From: Gammaproteobacteria bacterium
Lineage (GTDB): Bacteria > Pseudomonadota > Gammaproteobacteria > CAJXQU01
Direction of reading: 5' to 3'
Length of the DNA stretch: 64,000 nt
NCBI GenBank assembly: GCA_965223825.1
Contig: OZ245018.1
Location: 1,453,561-1,517,560, forward strand
Numbering within the stretch: the first letter of the stretch is position 1; every line of letters starts with the position of its first letter. Shown in pieces: positions 28,327 to 39,359 of this stretch. The position numbers and the translations under genes were made by a program. Under the pieces are notes generated by a model. That model was not told where the DNA came from, made no database searches, and saw only the letters and a list, made by a program, of their open reading frames with translations.

Positions 28327-29997
28327 ATGTCCGAAAGTTTCGCGGAGTTATTCGAACAAAGTCAAGTTGAAGTAAATATGGCGCCAGGGGCAATTGTCAC
28401 TGGTACTGTTGTTGAAATCGGCCCGAAGGTGGTTGTGATCAACGCAGGCCTCAAATCTGAGGGAATGATCCCAACTGAACAATTTCATAACGAGAAAGGC
28501 GAGTTAGAAGTTGCTGTTGGTGATGAAGTCGATGTTGCATTGGAAGCGATTGAAGATGGTTACGGTGCAACGCGTTTATCCCGCGAAAAAGCCAAACGTG
28601 CGACAGCTTGGATTAAGCTCGAAAAAGCACAAGAAGAGAACGAAACAGTTATCGGTATTATTACGGATAAAGTTAAAGGCGGTTTCACGGTCGATATCGA
28701 AACGATCCGTGCCTTCTTACCGGGTTCACTGGTTGATGTAAGACCAGTTCGAGATACCAGCTATCTTGAAGGTAAACCACTAGAATTCAAAGTGATTAAA
28801 GTTGATCAAAAACGGAATAACGTTGTTGTATCACGTCGTGCTGTCGTTGAGAGTGAAAACTCGGCAGACCGCGAAGAGCTGTTGGAAAGTTTGGAAGAAG
28901 GACTGACTTTAAAAGGTTTGGTCAAAAACCTGACCGATTACGGTGCGTTCGTCGACCTTGGCGGCATCGACGGTCTCTTACACATCACAGACATGGCATG
29001 GAAACGTGTAACGCATCCAAGCGAAGTGGTTGCGATCGGTGATGAAATTGATGTGAAAATCCTTAAGTTCGATAAGGAAAAATCACGTGTCTCACTCGGC
29101 CTGAAACAACTGGGTGAAGATCCATGGGTTGATATCTCACGCCGTTATCCAGAAGGGCATCGTTTATTCGGTAAAGTAACGAACCTTGCTGATTACGGTT
29201 GCTTCGTTGAGATCGAAGAAGGTGTTGAAGGTCTTGTTCACGTTTCTGAAATGGATTGGACGAATAAGAACGTACATCCATCGAAACTGGTTCACCTTGG
29301 CCAGGAAGTCGAAGTCATGGTTCTTGACATCGATGAAGAACGCCGTCGTATTTCATTAGGCATGAAACAATGTCAATCAAACCCTTGGGATGAGTTCGCA
29401 GCAACACACACACGTGGTGATAAAGTGGCTGGCCAAATCAAATCAATCACTGATTTCGGTATTTTCATTGGTCTCGACGGTGGTATTGATGGCCTAGTGC
29501 ATTTATCTGATATTGCTTGGAATGATACTGGTGAAGAAATCGCCCGTAGTTACAACAAAGGTGATGAGCTGGAAACAGTTATCCTTGCCATTGATGCAGA
29601 GCGCGAGCGTATCTCATTAGGGATTAAACAACTTGATGGCGACCCCGTCAGTGATTACCTGAATGGCAATCCAAAAGGCACTGTCGTCACAGGTAAAGTT
29701 GTTTCTGTTGACGCACGTGGTGTTGAAGTTGAATTAACGGAAGGTGTTGTTGCTTACATGCGCGCTTCTGAGATCTCTACTGATCCCGTTGATGATGCAC
29801 GTAAAGTCATGAAAGAAGGTGATGACGTTGAAGCGATGCTGATCGGTGTTGATCGTAAGAAACGATCAATCAACCTGTCTGTTCGTGCCAAAGACAGTGA
29901 AGATGAAGCGCAAGCAATCAAAGATTACAGTGCAACATCAGAAACTGGTGGTACAACACTGGGTGATCTTCTGAAAGAACAGCTTGATAACAAGTAA
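28327..29997 (+). CDS. rpsA: 30S ribosomal protein S1
   Basis: [10 protein letters not shown], six S1 repeats ([40 protein letters not shown]). Confidence 0.99.
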   Translation: MSESFAELFEQSQVEVNMAPGAIVTGTVVEIGPKVVVINAGLKSEGMIPTEQFHNEKGELEVAVGDEVDVALEAIEDGYGATRLSREKAKRATAWIKLEKAQEENETVIGIITDKVKGGFTVDIETIRAFLPGSLVDVRPVRDTSYLEGKPLEFKVIKVDQKRNNVVVSRRAVVESENSADREELLESLEEGLTLKGLVKNLTDYGAFVDLGGIDGLLHITDMAWKRVTHPSEVVAIGDEIDVKILKFDKEKSRVSLGLKQLGEDPWVDISRRYPEGHRLFGKVTNLADYGCFVEIEEGVEGLVHVSEMDWTNKNVHPSKLVHLGQEVEVMVLDIDEERRRISLGMKQCQSNPWDEFAATHTRGDKVAGQIKSITDFGIFIGLDGGIDGLVHLSDIAWNDTGEEIARSYNKGDELETVILAIDAERERISLGIKQLDGDPVSDYLNGNPKGTVVTGKVVSVDARGVEVELTEGVVAYMRASEISTDPVDDARKVMKEGDDVEAMLIGVDRKKRSINLSVRAKDSEDEAQAIKDYSATSETGGTTLGDLLKEQLDNK

Positions 29998-30007
29998 TGT
30001 TCGTATA

Positions 30008-30037
30008 CAGGCGTCAGTGGTTTTTCACTGACGCCTG
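30008..30037 (+). terminator. Terminator/processing hairpin between rpsA and ihfB
   Basis: Perfect 12-bp stem CAGGCGTCAGTG/CACTGACGCCTG with a weak U-tract. Confidence 0.65.
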
Positions 30038-30090
30038 TTCATTGTTGAGTCACTCAATGTATTTTTAACCATCCGATATATATAAAAAGA

Positions 30091-30378
30091 ATGACTAAAT
30101 CAGAACTGATCGATTTGTTGGCAACGAAACAGCCACAACTCAAATACAGCGATGTCGAGCTTGCCGTAAAGACCATGCTCGAACAAATGTCACATACGTT
30201 AGCGACAGGCGATAGAATAGAAATCCGAGGTTTTGGGAGTTTCTCTTTGCACTACCGGCCACCACGTATGGGGCGAAACCCTAAATCTGGTGACCAAGTC
30301 TCATTGCCCGGAAAATATGTTCCACATTTTAAACCTGGTAAAGAGCTACGCGAGCGCGTTAACGAATCAGAATCTTAA
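30091..30378 (+). CDS. ihfB: Integration host factor beta
   Basis: [45 protein letters not shown]. Confidence 0.98.
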   Translation: MTKSELIDLLATKQPQLKYSDVELAVKTMLEQMSHTLATGDRIEIRGFGSFSLHYRPPRMGRNPKSGDQVSLPGKYVPHFKPGKELRERVNESES

Positions 30379-30470
30379 TGTACAAATTTCAGGGGACTGG
30401 ATCGTGACCTGCTCTCTGTCAGCAGGTATGATCCAGCTCTCTGGATTACGTATTTTTTAGGGGAAGTCGG

Positions 30471-30764
30471 GTGATCGGTTTTATCAAATTTCTATTTATT
30501 CTTTTCATCGTTGTTATTGGTTTAGCCTTCCATGTCAGGAATGACCAACTTGTCACGTTGGATTACTACCTCGGCTCTGTTGAGGTTAGTTTATCGATCA
30601 TCGTTATCTCAGCCATGCTCATTGGCGCATTTCTCGGCATACTCACCAGTCTTGGTATTATCCTGCCCCTTAAACGTGAAAAGAGCCGCTTAAATAAACA
30701 AGTAAAGACTGCTGAAAAAGAGGTAGAGAACCTACGATCACTGCCGTTGCAGGATGCTGATTAA
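30471..30764 (+). CDS. lapA: LPS assembly protein A (DUF1049)
   Basis: Two TM segments, NDQLVTLDYYLG, basic coiled tail; lies between ihfB and lapB. Confidence 0.85.
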   Translation: MIGFIKFLFILFIVVIGLAFHVRNDQLVTLDYYLGSVEVSLSIIVISAMLIGAFLGILTSLGIILPLKREKSRLNKQVKTAEKEVENLRSLPLQDAD

Positions 30765-31920
30765 GACAGCATATGATCTGATCTGGTTTCTACTACCTAT
30801 CGCAGCATTCAGCGGTTGGTACGTAGCGCAGCGTCAAAAAAACACGCAGAGCGATGCCAGAAAAGAATCGATTACGCCAGCCTACCTACAAGGTTTGCGT
30901 TACATCATTAATGATCAACCCGATAAAGCCATCGAAGTGTTCACGAAACTACTCGAGGCAGACAGTGAGACCGTTGAAATTCATATCGCTTTAGGGAATC
31001 TCTTCCGTCGTCGTGGCGAGGTTGATCGTGCCATCAAGATCCATCAAAACCTAATCGCACGTTCTTCACTGGGCCATGAATTACGATCACAAGCGTTACT
31101 CGAACTTGCCATTGATTATTATCGCGCTGGTTTGCTCGATCGTGCTGAAAGTTTATTCACGGATCTGTTAGATTCTCCTTTTAAATCCCGCGCAACGTCC
31201 TATCTTGTTGAGATATATCAAGAAGAGAAAGATTGGCCAAAAGCGATCAGTATGTTGCGATCGCTTGAGCAGATTTCAAAAGAAAGTCGTCATCAGCAAA
31301 TTGCGCATTACTATTGTCGCGTTGCTGAAGAGTACCTAGCGAAAAACGATCTTGAAGCAGCCGAAGAATCTGTCAACCAAGCACTGCAAGTGGATAAGCA
31401 TTCTGCACATGCGTTGATCTTGAGTGGGCGTATTTTGCGCTTACAGAAAGAATATAAACTTGCGTTGAGTACTTTTAAACAACTCCATAAACGGTCACCG
31501 GAATTTCTTGGTGAGGTACTCACTGACATTCGCCAGTGTTATGACGAGTTAGGCAGTCCGGATAAATTCCGATCGTTTTTAGAAAAACTCTCTAATGAGC
31601 AATCCTCCACCTCGCAAAAGCTTGCACTTTCCGCAGAATTGAAAGAGTCCGGTGGGGTGGAAGTTGCAACGAATTATTTATTGGAACAAGGTTTAAGCAC
31701 GCCTTCTGTGCAAATTCTCCAACGAATATTGCATATGTCTGCTGATGATCTTAAGACCCTAAACCAAGAAAAATTACACAAGTTCGTGAATATTGCAGAC
31801 GAACTAGTGAAAAGAAAATACGCCTACCAATGCAGCTATTGCGGTTATCAGGCTCACACAAACTACTGGCAATGTCCGGGCTGTAAGCACTGGGACTCAG
31901 TTAAACCAAATCAGGAATAA
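30754..31920 (+). CDS. lapB: LPS assembly protein B (TPR + rubredoxin)
   Basis: LLPIAAFSGW, DQPDKAI..F, LGNLFRRRGEVDRAIKIHQNL, C-terminal CSYCG...W.CPGC..W. Confidence 0.95.
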   Translation: MLIKTAYDLIWFLLPIAAFSGWYVAQRQKNTQSDARKESITPAYLQGLRYIINDQPDKAIEVFTKLLEADSETVEIHIALGNLFRRRGEVDRAIKIHQNLIARSSLGHELRSQALLELAIDYYRAGLLDRAESLFTDLLDSPFKSRATSYLVEIYQEEKDWPKAISMLRSLEQISKESRHQQIAHYYCRVAEEYLAKNDLEAAEESVNQALQVDKHSAHALILSGRILRLQKEYKLALSTFKQLHKRSPEFLGEVLTDIRQCYDELGSPDKFRSFLEKLSNEQSSTSQKLALSAELKESGGVEVATNYLLEQGLSTPSVQILQRILHMSADDLKTLNQEKLHKFVNIADELVKRKYAYQCSYCGYQAHTNYWQCPGCKHWDSVKPNQE

Positions 31921-31923
31921 AAG

Positions 31924-32610
31924 ATGTCAAAAGTCATTGTTGCGCTCGATTTCAACTCGATGGGCGATGCGCTTGGTTTCGCTCTGCAACTCAACCCAGA
32001 ACAATGCCGTTTAAAAGTCGGTAAAGAATTATTTACAGCAGCAGGACCAAAGTTAGTCGAACGTTTTGTAGGAATGGGGTTCGATGTATTTCTAGATCTG
32101 AAATTTCATGACATTCCGAACACGGTCGCAAAAGCGTGTCAAACCGCTGCTGAACTCGGTGTATGGATGGTCAACGTGCATGCTAGCGGTGGACGAAAAA
32201 TGATGGAGGCGGCGCGCGAAAGTCTGTCAAAATATGAAAAACAACCCTTGCTAATCGGCGTCACGGTCCTAACCAGCATGGGACAAGATGACTTGAATGA
32301 AATCGGCTTGATCGGCACACCCGAAGCGGCGGTGAAACGCCTCGCGCAACTTGCACAAAGTGCGGGATTGGATGGAGTAGTTTGTTCTGCACTCGAAGCA
32401 CCGGTTTTAAAAGCAGCTTGCGGCAAAGACTTTAAATTGATCACGCCTGGTGTGCGTCCTGCAGGATCCACGCAGGATGATCAAACGCGTATTATGACGC
32501 CGGAAAAAGCCGTCGCGAATGGGGCAGATTATTTAGTAATTGGTCGCCCGATAACACAAGCGGCTGATCCTGTTGCCGCATTGGCTGCGATTAACGAATC
32601 GTTAGTCTAA
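31924..32610 (+). CDS. pyrF: Orotidine-5'-phosphate decarboxylase
   Basis: [41 protein letters not shown]. Confidence 0.97.
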   Translation: MSKVIVALDFNSMGDALGFALQLNPEQCRLKVGKELFTAAGPKLVERFVGMGFDVFLDLKFHDIPNTVAKACQTAAELGVWMVNVHASGGRKMMEAARESLSKYEKQPLLIGVTVLTSMGQDDLNEIGLIGTPEAAVKRLAQLAQSAGLDGVVCSALEAPVLKAACGKDFKLITPGVRPAGSTQDDQTRIMTPEKAVANGADYLVIGRPITQAADPVAALAAINESLV

Positions 32611-32650
32611 TTTACCGTCGGAATGAGTAAAAAGCAGTCGTGGTTTTTTT

Positions 32651-35600
32651 ATGACAGATCCTAAATTTCCCAGCCCATTTGCACCGGTTTTACCGAAAAA
32701 GCCGGGAGATCGACTTTATTGGTCACGACTCTACGGCGCATCACAGGCGCTGGCGATCGCGCAAACACTTGAGCTGACCAAAAAACCGTTACTGATCATC
32801 ACTGCCGATACGTTAACGGCTGAGCGGTTGGCGCAAGAGATCCGGTTTTTCGTCGCCGATCAATCTACGCCGATCAGTGTTTTTCCGGATTGGGAAACGC
32901 TACCCTACGATCAGTTTTCACCTTATCAGGATATCGTCTCAGAACGGCTGGCGATCTTAGCGGAATTACCAAAACGCAAAAACGGTGTATTAATCGCCTC
33001 CGTCGCGTCACTTATGCATCGACTTGCTCCGCAATCGTATGTGGCTGGAAACAGTTTTAGCATCAAAGCCGGTGATACCTTAGCGCTAGAGGAGTTTCGC
33101 CGCGAGTTGGAATCTAGCGGCTACCGTTGTGTGTCTCAAGTGTTAGAACACGGTGACTTTGCGATCAGAGGATCCCTGTTAGATATTTTTCCGATGGGCA
33201 GTGAACAGCCTGTGCGGATAGATTTGTTTGACGATGAAGTCGATAGCTTGCGATATTTCGATGAAGAAACGCAGCGTTCGACCGATGCGTTAATGGCGAT
33301 CGATATCTTGCCCGGTCACGAATTCCCATTAACAGAAGAGGGAATTTTGCATTTCCGCACGGCTTGGCGCGATCAATTCGAAGGGCGTGCCGGTGAGTGT
33401 AGTATTTACCGTGATGTTTCTGATGGGCTCTCACCACCGGGAATTGAATATTATCTGCCGTTGTTTTTCGACAAAACCAGCTCTTTGTTTGATTTTCTTT
33501 CTGCTGACACCACCGTCATGTTGCATGACACGGTAGAAACGGCTGCCGAACGCTATTGGGAAGAATGTGAGAAGCGATACGAACAATTCCGTCACGATGC
33601 AAATCGCCCGATCCTACCACCCGAGATGATCGCGCTTCGCGTCAATGAGGTGTTTACCGCAGTAAAAACCTTTCCGGCTATTTTTATTCGCGGTATGGAA
33701 ACAGAGGATACTGAATCCAAAGGGCAACGCGTGGTTTATAGCAGCACCATGCCACAACGCTTGCCGGTTGATCCACGTGTGGAAGAGCCGCTCGGTCTGC
33801 TCCGGCGGTTCTTGGATGGTTTTGACGGACGCGTGTTGATCTGTGCGGACTCGACCGGTCGTCGAGAAACACTAGTTGATACATTTCGGCGACATGATCT
33901 CCAGCTAGCAATCTTTTCTGATTGGCAAGCATTTTTGCAGAGCGATAAACCATTAGGCTTGAGCGTTGCCGCCTTAGAACAAGGGTTACAGATCGAGTCA
34001 CCTAGACTGGCTGTCATTTGCGAATCACAATTATTCGGCGAGCGAGTCTCGCAAACCCGACGACGCCGTCGCAGCCAGCGCGATCCAGAAGCGGTGGTGC
34101 GTAACCTCACTGAGTTAACGCTGAACGCCCCTGTTATTCACGAAGATCATGGCGTAGGGCGATACCGTGGATTGGTCACGATAACAACGGGCGAAATCAC
34201 TGCTGAATATTTGGAGTTGGAATACGCTGATAGCGATAAGTTATTTGTGCCGGTCGCCGCGCTACACTTGATCAGTCGATTCTCCGGGATGGATGCTGAT
34301 CATGCTCCGCTACATAAACTGGGTAGCGGGCAATGGCAAAAAGCCAAATCGAAAGCGGCGCAACGCGTGCACGATGTGGCCGCCGAATTATTAGAAATTT
34401 ATGCGCGACGCGAAGCACGTCAAGGTCACTCGTTTGATATTGATCGTGATGCTTATCGCGCGTTTGCACAAGCCTTTCCATTTGAAGAAACGCCCGATCA
34501 GCAATCTGCAATTCAGGCGGTTGTGAATGATATGAAAGCTGTTCAGCCGATGGATCGGTTAGTCTGTGGTGATGTGGGATTTGGTAAAACAGAAGTCGCT
34601 ATGCGCGCAGCCTTTGTCGCCGCAAATTCAGGTAAGCAAGTTGTCATTCTTGTGCCGACGACCCTACTTGCACAACAACACTATGAAAACTTCAGTGATC
34701 GTTTTGCCGATTGGCCTGTGCAAGTCGAGCAGTTGTCGCGTTTTAGTAATTCAAAACAAACACGTGCGACGATTGAAGGGTTGGCGAATGGCACAGTTGA
34801 TATCGTTATCGGCACACACAAGTTGCTTAATAGCGAAATTAAATTTAAACAACTTGGTTTGCTGATCATCGATGAAGAACATCGCTTTGGTGTGCGTCAG
34901 AAGGAGCGTATGAAGTCCATGCGCGCCGAAGTGGATATTCTTACACTGACGGCAACGCCTATCCCGCGATCATTGAATATGGCGCTCACAGGCACACGTG
35001 AGCTGTCGATCATAGCTACGCCCCCCGCTCGACGACTGGCGATCAAAACCTTTGTACGCGAGTGGCAAGATGAACTGATGCAGGAGGCGATTTTGCGTGA
35101 GATTAGTCGCGGCGGACAGGTTTATCTTCTGCATAACAATGTGGATACGATCGCAAAAATGGCGAGTGATATATCGGCGCTGATTCCTGAAGCGCGTGTG
35201 CATTACGCGCATGGACAAATGCGTGAGCGTGAATTAGAGCAAGTCATGCAGGATTTTTATCATCGCCGGTTCAACGTGCTGGTGTGTACAACGATTATCG
35301 AAACGGGGATTGATATTCCAAGTGCGAACACGATCATTATTAATCGTGCTGATAAGTTTGGCCTTGCGCAGTTGTATCAGTTACGTGGCCGCGTTGGGCG
35401 ATCACATCATCGTGCGTACGCATACCTGATCGTCCCATCGATCAAAACCTTGACCACAGACGCACGCAAGCGTTTGGAAGCGATCGAGTCGTTGGAAGAT
35501 CTTGGCGTCGGCTTCACCATCGCCACGCATGATTTAGAGATCCGTGGCGCGGGTGAGATATTAGGTGATGATCAAAGTGGACACATTCAAGAGATTGGTT

Positions 35601-36130
35601 TTGGAATGTACACGGATATGCTCGAACGCGCCGTAAAAGCTTTGAAAGAAGGGCGTCAGCCTGAATTGGATCGGCCACTTGATCACGGTACTGAGATTGA
35701 TCTAAACACGCCTGCATTACTCCCGGAAGACTACTTGCCGGATGTACATACGCGCTTGATAATGTATAAGCGGATTGCCAGTGCAGAAACAGAGCAAGAT
35801 CTGGGGGAGATGCGTGAGGAAGTGATAGACCGATTTGGTTTATTACCCGATCCTGCGAGGAATTTGTTTGCACTGGCACAATTGAAATTAAAAGCGACTC
35901 CGATGGGTATTCGTAAGATTGATGCTGGGTCAAACGGTGCGCGGATTGTTTTCAGTGAACAGCCGAATGTGGATCCTGCGTTGATCATCAACTTGATCCA
36001 GAGCCAGCCGCGGCAATTTAAGTTAGAAAATACAAAATTACGTGTCATCTTGCCAATGCCCGATCCTGAACAACGGTTTGAGATGATTGAACATTTACTT
36101 GAAAAATTAAGCCAAAAGAACGCAGCCTGA
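32651..36130 (+). CDS. mfd: Transcription-repair coupling factor
   Basis: FPDWETLPYD, CarD-like HGVGRYRGL, CGDVGFGKTEVA, IIDEEHRFGV, LTATPIPR, QLRGRVGRS, TRCF C-terminal domain. Confidence 0.98.
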   Translation: MTDPKFPSPFAPVLPKKPGDRLYWSRLYGASQALAIAQTLELTKKPLLIITADTLTAERLAQEIRFFVADQSTPISVFPDWETLPYDQFSPYQDIVSERLAILAELPKRKNGVLIASVASLMHRLAPQSYVAGNSFSIKAGDTLALEEFRRELESSGYRCVSQVLEHGDFAIRGSLLDIFPMGSEQPVRIDLFDDEVDSLRYFDEETQRSTDALMAIDILPGHEFPLTEEGILHFRTAWRDQFEGRAGECSIYRDVSDGLSPPGIEYYLPLFFDKTSSLFDFLSADTTVMLHDTVETAAERYWEECEKRYEQFRHDANRPILPPEMIALRVNEVFTAVKTFPAIFIRGMETEDTESKGQRVVYSSTMPQRLPVDPRVEEPLGLLRRFLDGFDGRVLICADSTGRRETLVDTFRRHDLQLAIFSDWQAFLQSDKPLGLSVAALEQGLQIESPRLAVICESQLFGERVSQTRRRRRSQRDPEAVVRNLTELTLNAPVIHEDHGVGRYRGLVTITTGEITAEYLELEYADSDKLFVPVAALHLISRFSGMDADHAPLHKLGSGQWQKAKSKAAQRVHDVAAELLEIYARREARQGHSFDIDRDAYRAFAQAFPFEETPDQQSAIQAVVNDMKAVQPMDRLVCGDVGFGKTEVAMRAAFVAANSGKQVVILVPTTLLAQQHYENFSDRFADWPVQVEQLSRFSNSKQTRATIEGLANGTVDIVIGTHKLLNSEIKFKQLGLLIIDEEHRFGVRQKERMKSMRAEVDILTLTATPIPRSLNMALTGTRELSIIATPPARRLAIKTFVREWQDELMQEAILREISRGGQVYLLHNNVDTIAKMASDISALIPEARVHYAHGQMRERELEQVMQDFYHRRFNVLVCTTIIETGIDIPSANTIIINRADKFGLAQLYQLRGRVGRSHHRAYAYLIVPSIKTLTTDARKRLEAIESLEDLGVGFTIATHDLEIRGAGEILGDDQSGHIQEIGFGMYTDMLERAVKALKEGRQPELDRPLDHGTEIDLNTPALLPEDYLPDVHTRLIMYKRIASAETEQDLGEMREEVIDRFGLLPDPARNLFALAQLKLKATPMGIRKIDAGSNGARIVFSEQPNVDPALIINLIQSQPRQFKLENTKLRVILPMPDPEQRFEMIEHLLEKLSQKNAA

Positions 36131-36131
36131 T

Positions 36132-36674
36132 ATGACTCTAATCCGAAAAACTTTACTAGTATTTTTTTGCTTGGTGTTGACTAATATCGTCCAAGCGGCA
36201 CCTGTTTATAAAGTCGAAGTATTGGTGTTTGAGCATCTGACAACGGCTGGAATTAATGGTGAAATTTGGCGTGATCTGACCGACAGTGAAAAGCCCGATA
36301 GTTTTACAAGCATCGAGCTGGATGCGGGAAATGAAGGTGCTTATCAGACTTTACCGAGTCAAGATTTGAATTTAACTGGTGTGCGTAAACGGCTTGATGC
36401 ATCTGAAGATTATCAAGTTGTTTTACACTCAGCTTGGCGTCAGCCGGCCATGGAAAGGGGGGAGAGTACGCCAGTCTGGATTGAGTCTGCAGGGCTTGTT
36501 GAAGGACAAATTACCTTGGATAAAGGGCGTTATTTACATTTTGGAACGAACTTGGTTTTTCAACAGCTCGGTCGTGAACTTGTTATGCAAGAGCGTCGGC
36601 GGATCAAATCAAAGGAATTACATTATTTTGATCATCCCAAATTCGGAATGTTGGTTCGGGTTGTACAGTTGTGA
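36132..36674 (+). CDS. CsiV-family periplasmic protein
   Basis: Signal peptide, YKVEVLVF, VVLHSAWRQP, QERRRIKSKELHYFDHPKFGMLV; follows mfd. Confidence 0.82.
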   Translation: MTLIRKTLLVFFCLVLTNIVQAAPVYKVEVLVFEHLTTAGINGEIWRDLTDSEKPDSFTSIELDAGNEGAYQTLPSQDLNLTGVRKRLDASEDYQVVLHSAWRQPAMERGESTPVWIESAGLVEGQITLDKGRYLHFGTNLVFQQLGRELVMQERRRIKSKELHYFDHPKFGMLVRVVQL

Positions 36675-36677
36675 GAA

Positions 36678-36718
36678 AACCTAAATATCTCGACGAGCAA
36701 GGTCAAGATATTTAGGTT
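36678..36718. terminator. Hairpin between convergent csiV-like gene and galE
   Basis: AACCTAAATATCT/AGATATTTAGGTT 13-bp stem. Confidence 0.6.
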
Positions 36719-36760
36719 ATTCAAATCGATTACACTACTGTTAATTTAATCTGGTTCAGA

Positions 36761-37741
36761 TTAATACGTACGATTTTTTTCCCAATTCAGTGATGTTTTC
36801 ACGATAAATTCAAGATCATCAAATTCAGGTTCCCATTTTAGGGTTTCACGAATGCGATCAGCTTTCGCGATTAACATGGGTGGATCACCTGCGCGGCGCG
36901 GTTCTTCTATGACGTTAAGTGCTTTCCCGTTAACTTTCGCCACGGTGTCGAGTACTTCACGCACGCTATAACCATGACCATAGCCGCAGTTAAATGTTGC
37001 TGAGTCACCGCCTTTTTCAAGGTATTCCAATGCGCGAACATGGGCGCTGGCTAAATCTTCAACATGAATATAATCACGTACGCCGGTGCCGTCTTTTGTA
37101 GGGTAATCGGTTCCGAAAACACAAATCTTATCGCGCTTGCCTAACGCCGCTTCACAAGCGACTTTAATGAGCAAGGTCGCTTTCGCCGTTGATTGGCCAA
37201 TTTCACCGTCTGGGTTTGATCCGGCAACATTGAAATAGCGCAATACCACGTGGCGTAATGACGTTGCGAGAGACAAATCACGCAACATCATTTCACTCAT
37301 GAGCTTGGACATCCCATAAGGGTTGATCGGCGCAGTTGGCGTATCTTCCGCGGTGATGTCTGTTTCTGGAATACCGTAGACGGCTGCTGTTGATGAGAAA
37401 ATAAAGTGCTTTACGCCCGCTTCGGAGGCGGCTTCGAGCAAGGTGCGTGTGCTCGCCGTGTTATTCCCATAATATTTTAATGGATTGGACACGGACTCAG
37501 GGACGATGGTATGTGCAGCAAAATGCATGATCGTATCAATGCCATGATCCGCAAGTAGTTTACTAACCAATGCTTTATCGCCGGTATCGCCGATCACGAG
37601 TTCTGCATTTTTGACTGCTTCTTTAAAGCCGGTGCTGAGGTTATCCAGCACGACGACCTTGCGACCTGCTGTTGTAAGTTGACGTACGACATGGCTGCCG
37701 ATATAACCGGCACCGCCGGTGACCAAGACTGTATTAGTCAT
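36761..37741 (-). CDS. galE: UDP-glucose 4-epimerase
   Basis: TGGAGYIGSH, HFAA...V.ESV..PLKYY.NN, SSTAAVYG, YGMSK (YxxxK), LRYFNVAG, RDYIHVEDLA. Confidence 0.96.
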   Translation of the reverse strand: MTNTVLVTGGAGYIGSHVVRQLTTAGRKVVVLDNLSTGFKEAVKNAELVIGDTGDKALVSKLLADHGIDTIMHFAAHTIVPESVSNPLKYYGNNTASTRTLLEAASEAGVKHFIFSSTAAVYGIPETDITAEDTPTAPINPYGMSKLMSEMMLRDLSLATSLRHVVLRYFNVAGSNPDGEIGQSTAKATLLIKVACEAALGKRDKICVFGTDYPTKDGTGVRDYIHVEDLASAHVRALEYLEKGGDSATFNCGYGHGYSVREVLDTVAKVNGKALNVIEEPRRAGDPPMLIAKADRIRETLKWEPEFDDLEFIVKTSLNWEKNRTY

Positions 37742-37895
37742 CCTGCTGAATTCTCCTTAATGACTCTTTAATTGGTAATTTCATCACGATACAAAATAAA
37801 AATGACGAATAGAAGGGGACTATACAGTTTATCGTCAGTTGTTTACTTTTTATTAGAATGGTTTAATGCCTTGCGAAAATTGTCAGGAGAAGAAA

Positions 37896-38498
37896 GTGCA
37901 ACAGAAAAGCAGTAATACCGTTTGGCATCAAGCCACTATCACACGTGATGATCGTGAAAAATTAAACAAACACAAGAGTGTCGTTCTTTGGTTCACCGGA
38001 TTGTCAGGCGCAGGTAAATCAACGTTGGCCAATGCCGTTGAGTCACGTTTGCATGAGATGGGTAAGCACACTTACGTCTGCGATGGCGATAATGTTCGTC
38101 AAGGTCTCTGTGGCGATCTTGGGTTCTCATCAGAAGATCGTGTTGAGAATATTCGCCGTATCGGTGAAGTTGCGAAATTAATGATCGATGCTGGTGTGAT
38201 CACATTGACCGCTTTTATTTCTCCGTTTCTTGAAGATCGTCAGCGTGCGCGTGATCTGGTGAAAAAAGGTGATTTTGTTGAAGTTTACTGTCGTTGCTCA
38301 TTGGAAGTTTGCGAAGAACGTGACGTCAAAGGACTCTACAAAAAGGCTCGCGCAGGTGAAATTCCACATTTCACGGGTATTTCTTCACCGTATGAAGAGC
38401 CGGAAAGTGCGGAATTGATCGTAGATACGGATCAACATTCGTTAGAAGACTGTGTTGATCAGGTGATCAAATATCTGAATGAGCAAGGAATCGTCTAG
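37896..38498 (+). CDS. cysC: Adenylyl-sulfate kinase
   Basis: [60 protein letters not shown]. Start set to GTG 37896 (AGGAG 6 nt upstream). Confidence 0.95.
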   Translation: MQQKSSNTVWHQATITRDDREKLNKHKSVVLWFTGLSGAGKSTLANAVESRLHEMGKHTYVCDGDNVRQGLCGDLGFSSEDRVENIRRIGEVAKLMIDAGVITLTAFISPFLEDRQRARDLVKKGDFVEVYCRCSLEVCEERDVKGLYKKARAGEIPHFTGISSPYEEPESAELIVDTDQHSLEDCVDQVIKYLNEQGIV

Positions 38499-38589
38499 TT
38501 TTTCCGAATTTACCTAAGAAAAAATCTTAAGTAATCGTAACAAGCTACTGATCAATAAGGTCGTTTGTCTTACGCAAACGTGTGAGACC

Positions 38590-38653
38590 AAAAGCAGAGA
38601 AGAGTAATATTGCCCGTTGCAGAACGACGATGTTATTCCACTCTGCTTTTTTT
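38590..38653. terminator. Long bidirectional terminator-like hairpin
   Basis: AAAAGCAGAG/CTCTGCTTTT outer stem, GAGTAATA/TGTTATTC middle stem, CGTT/AACG apical stem; lies between convergent genes. Confidence 0.6.
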
Positions 38654-38680
38654 ATGCTTGAGTAGTTCGGAGAAAGAGTT

Positions 38681-39331
38681 CTAAACCTGCACAACGCCAT
38701 GTCGAATAGCCAATCGAGCAAGTTCAGCTGCCGTTGAGACGTTTAATTTGTTTTTGATCTGTGTGCTGTAATTCGCCACGGTTTTGTAACTGAGAGAGAG
38801 CCGTTCGGCAATGCTAGCGACATTCGCGCCTTCTGCAAGTAAGCAGAAAATCTCAAATTCACGCGTGGAGAGGTTGGCAAAAGGAGTGGTTTTTCCGCGT
38901 GACTTTTGTACCGCGAGATGTTGTGCGATGTCTTTATCGATATGAATGTTACCGGCTGCAACTTGGTTAACAGCTTCGACCAAGACTGCTGCACTACTGC
39001 TTTTTGTGATGTAACCCATCGCGCCGGCTTGCAGCCCTTGCTCAACGAAAACGGTGTCCTCGTGCATGCTGAAAATCAAAATCCGTGCATCATGATCGCG
39101 CGCAATAATCCGTCTGATTGCTTCCAGCCCACCCATACCAGGCAAAGAGAGATCCATGATCACCACATCTGGCTTTAAATCGGTGTAGACCTTGCAAGCC
39201 ATTTCACCACTGTCAGCTTCGCCGACGACATCAATTCCCTGGCAATCTTCAAGTAAATTACGATAACCCTCGCGAACCACAGCGTGGTCGTCCACGAGAA
39301 CTACCCGAACGGGTGAAGAAAGTTGAGCCAC
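38681..39331 (-). CDS. NarL/LuxR-family response regulator (MoxX/MxcE-like)
   Basis: VLVDDHAVVREG, MDLSLPGMGG, GYITK; HTH LSTREFEIF.LLAEG...LSLSYKTVANY. Confidence 0.9.
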   Translation of the reverse strand: MAQLSSPVRVVLVDDHAVVREGYRNLLEDCQGIDVVGEADSGEMACKVYTDLKPDVVIMDLSLPGMGGLEAIRRIIARDHDARILIFSMHEDTVFVEQGLQAGAMGYITKSSSAAVLVEAVNQVAAGNIHIDKDIAQHLAVQKSRGKTTPFANLSTREFEIFCLLAEGANVASIAERLSLSYKTVANYSTQIKNKLNVSTAAELARLAIRHGVVQV

Positions 39332-39359
39332 GGCGTTAACGCCTCCATTGAGAGCATGA

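Noticed and set aside
37866-37895. N-terminal CxxC (MPCENC) on CysC, suggesting a redox switch
   Set aside because: A strong SD (AGGAG, 37885-37889) sits 6 nt before the in-frame GTG at 37896, so the Cys-containing extension is probably not translated.
6803-38653. Similar apical CGTT-GCA...-AACG stems in the hairpins at 6803-6838 and 38590-38653 as a REP-like family
   Set aside because: Only about 8 shared bases and different outer stems; too weak to call a repeat family.
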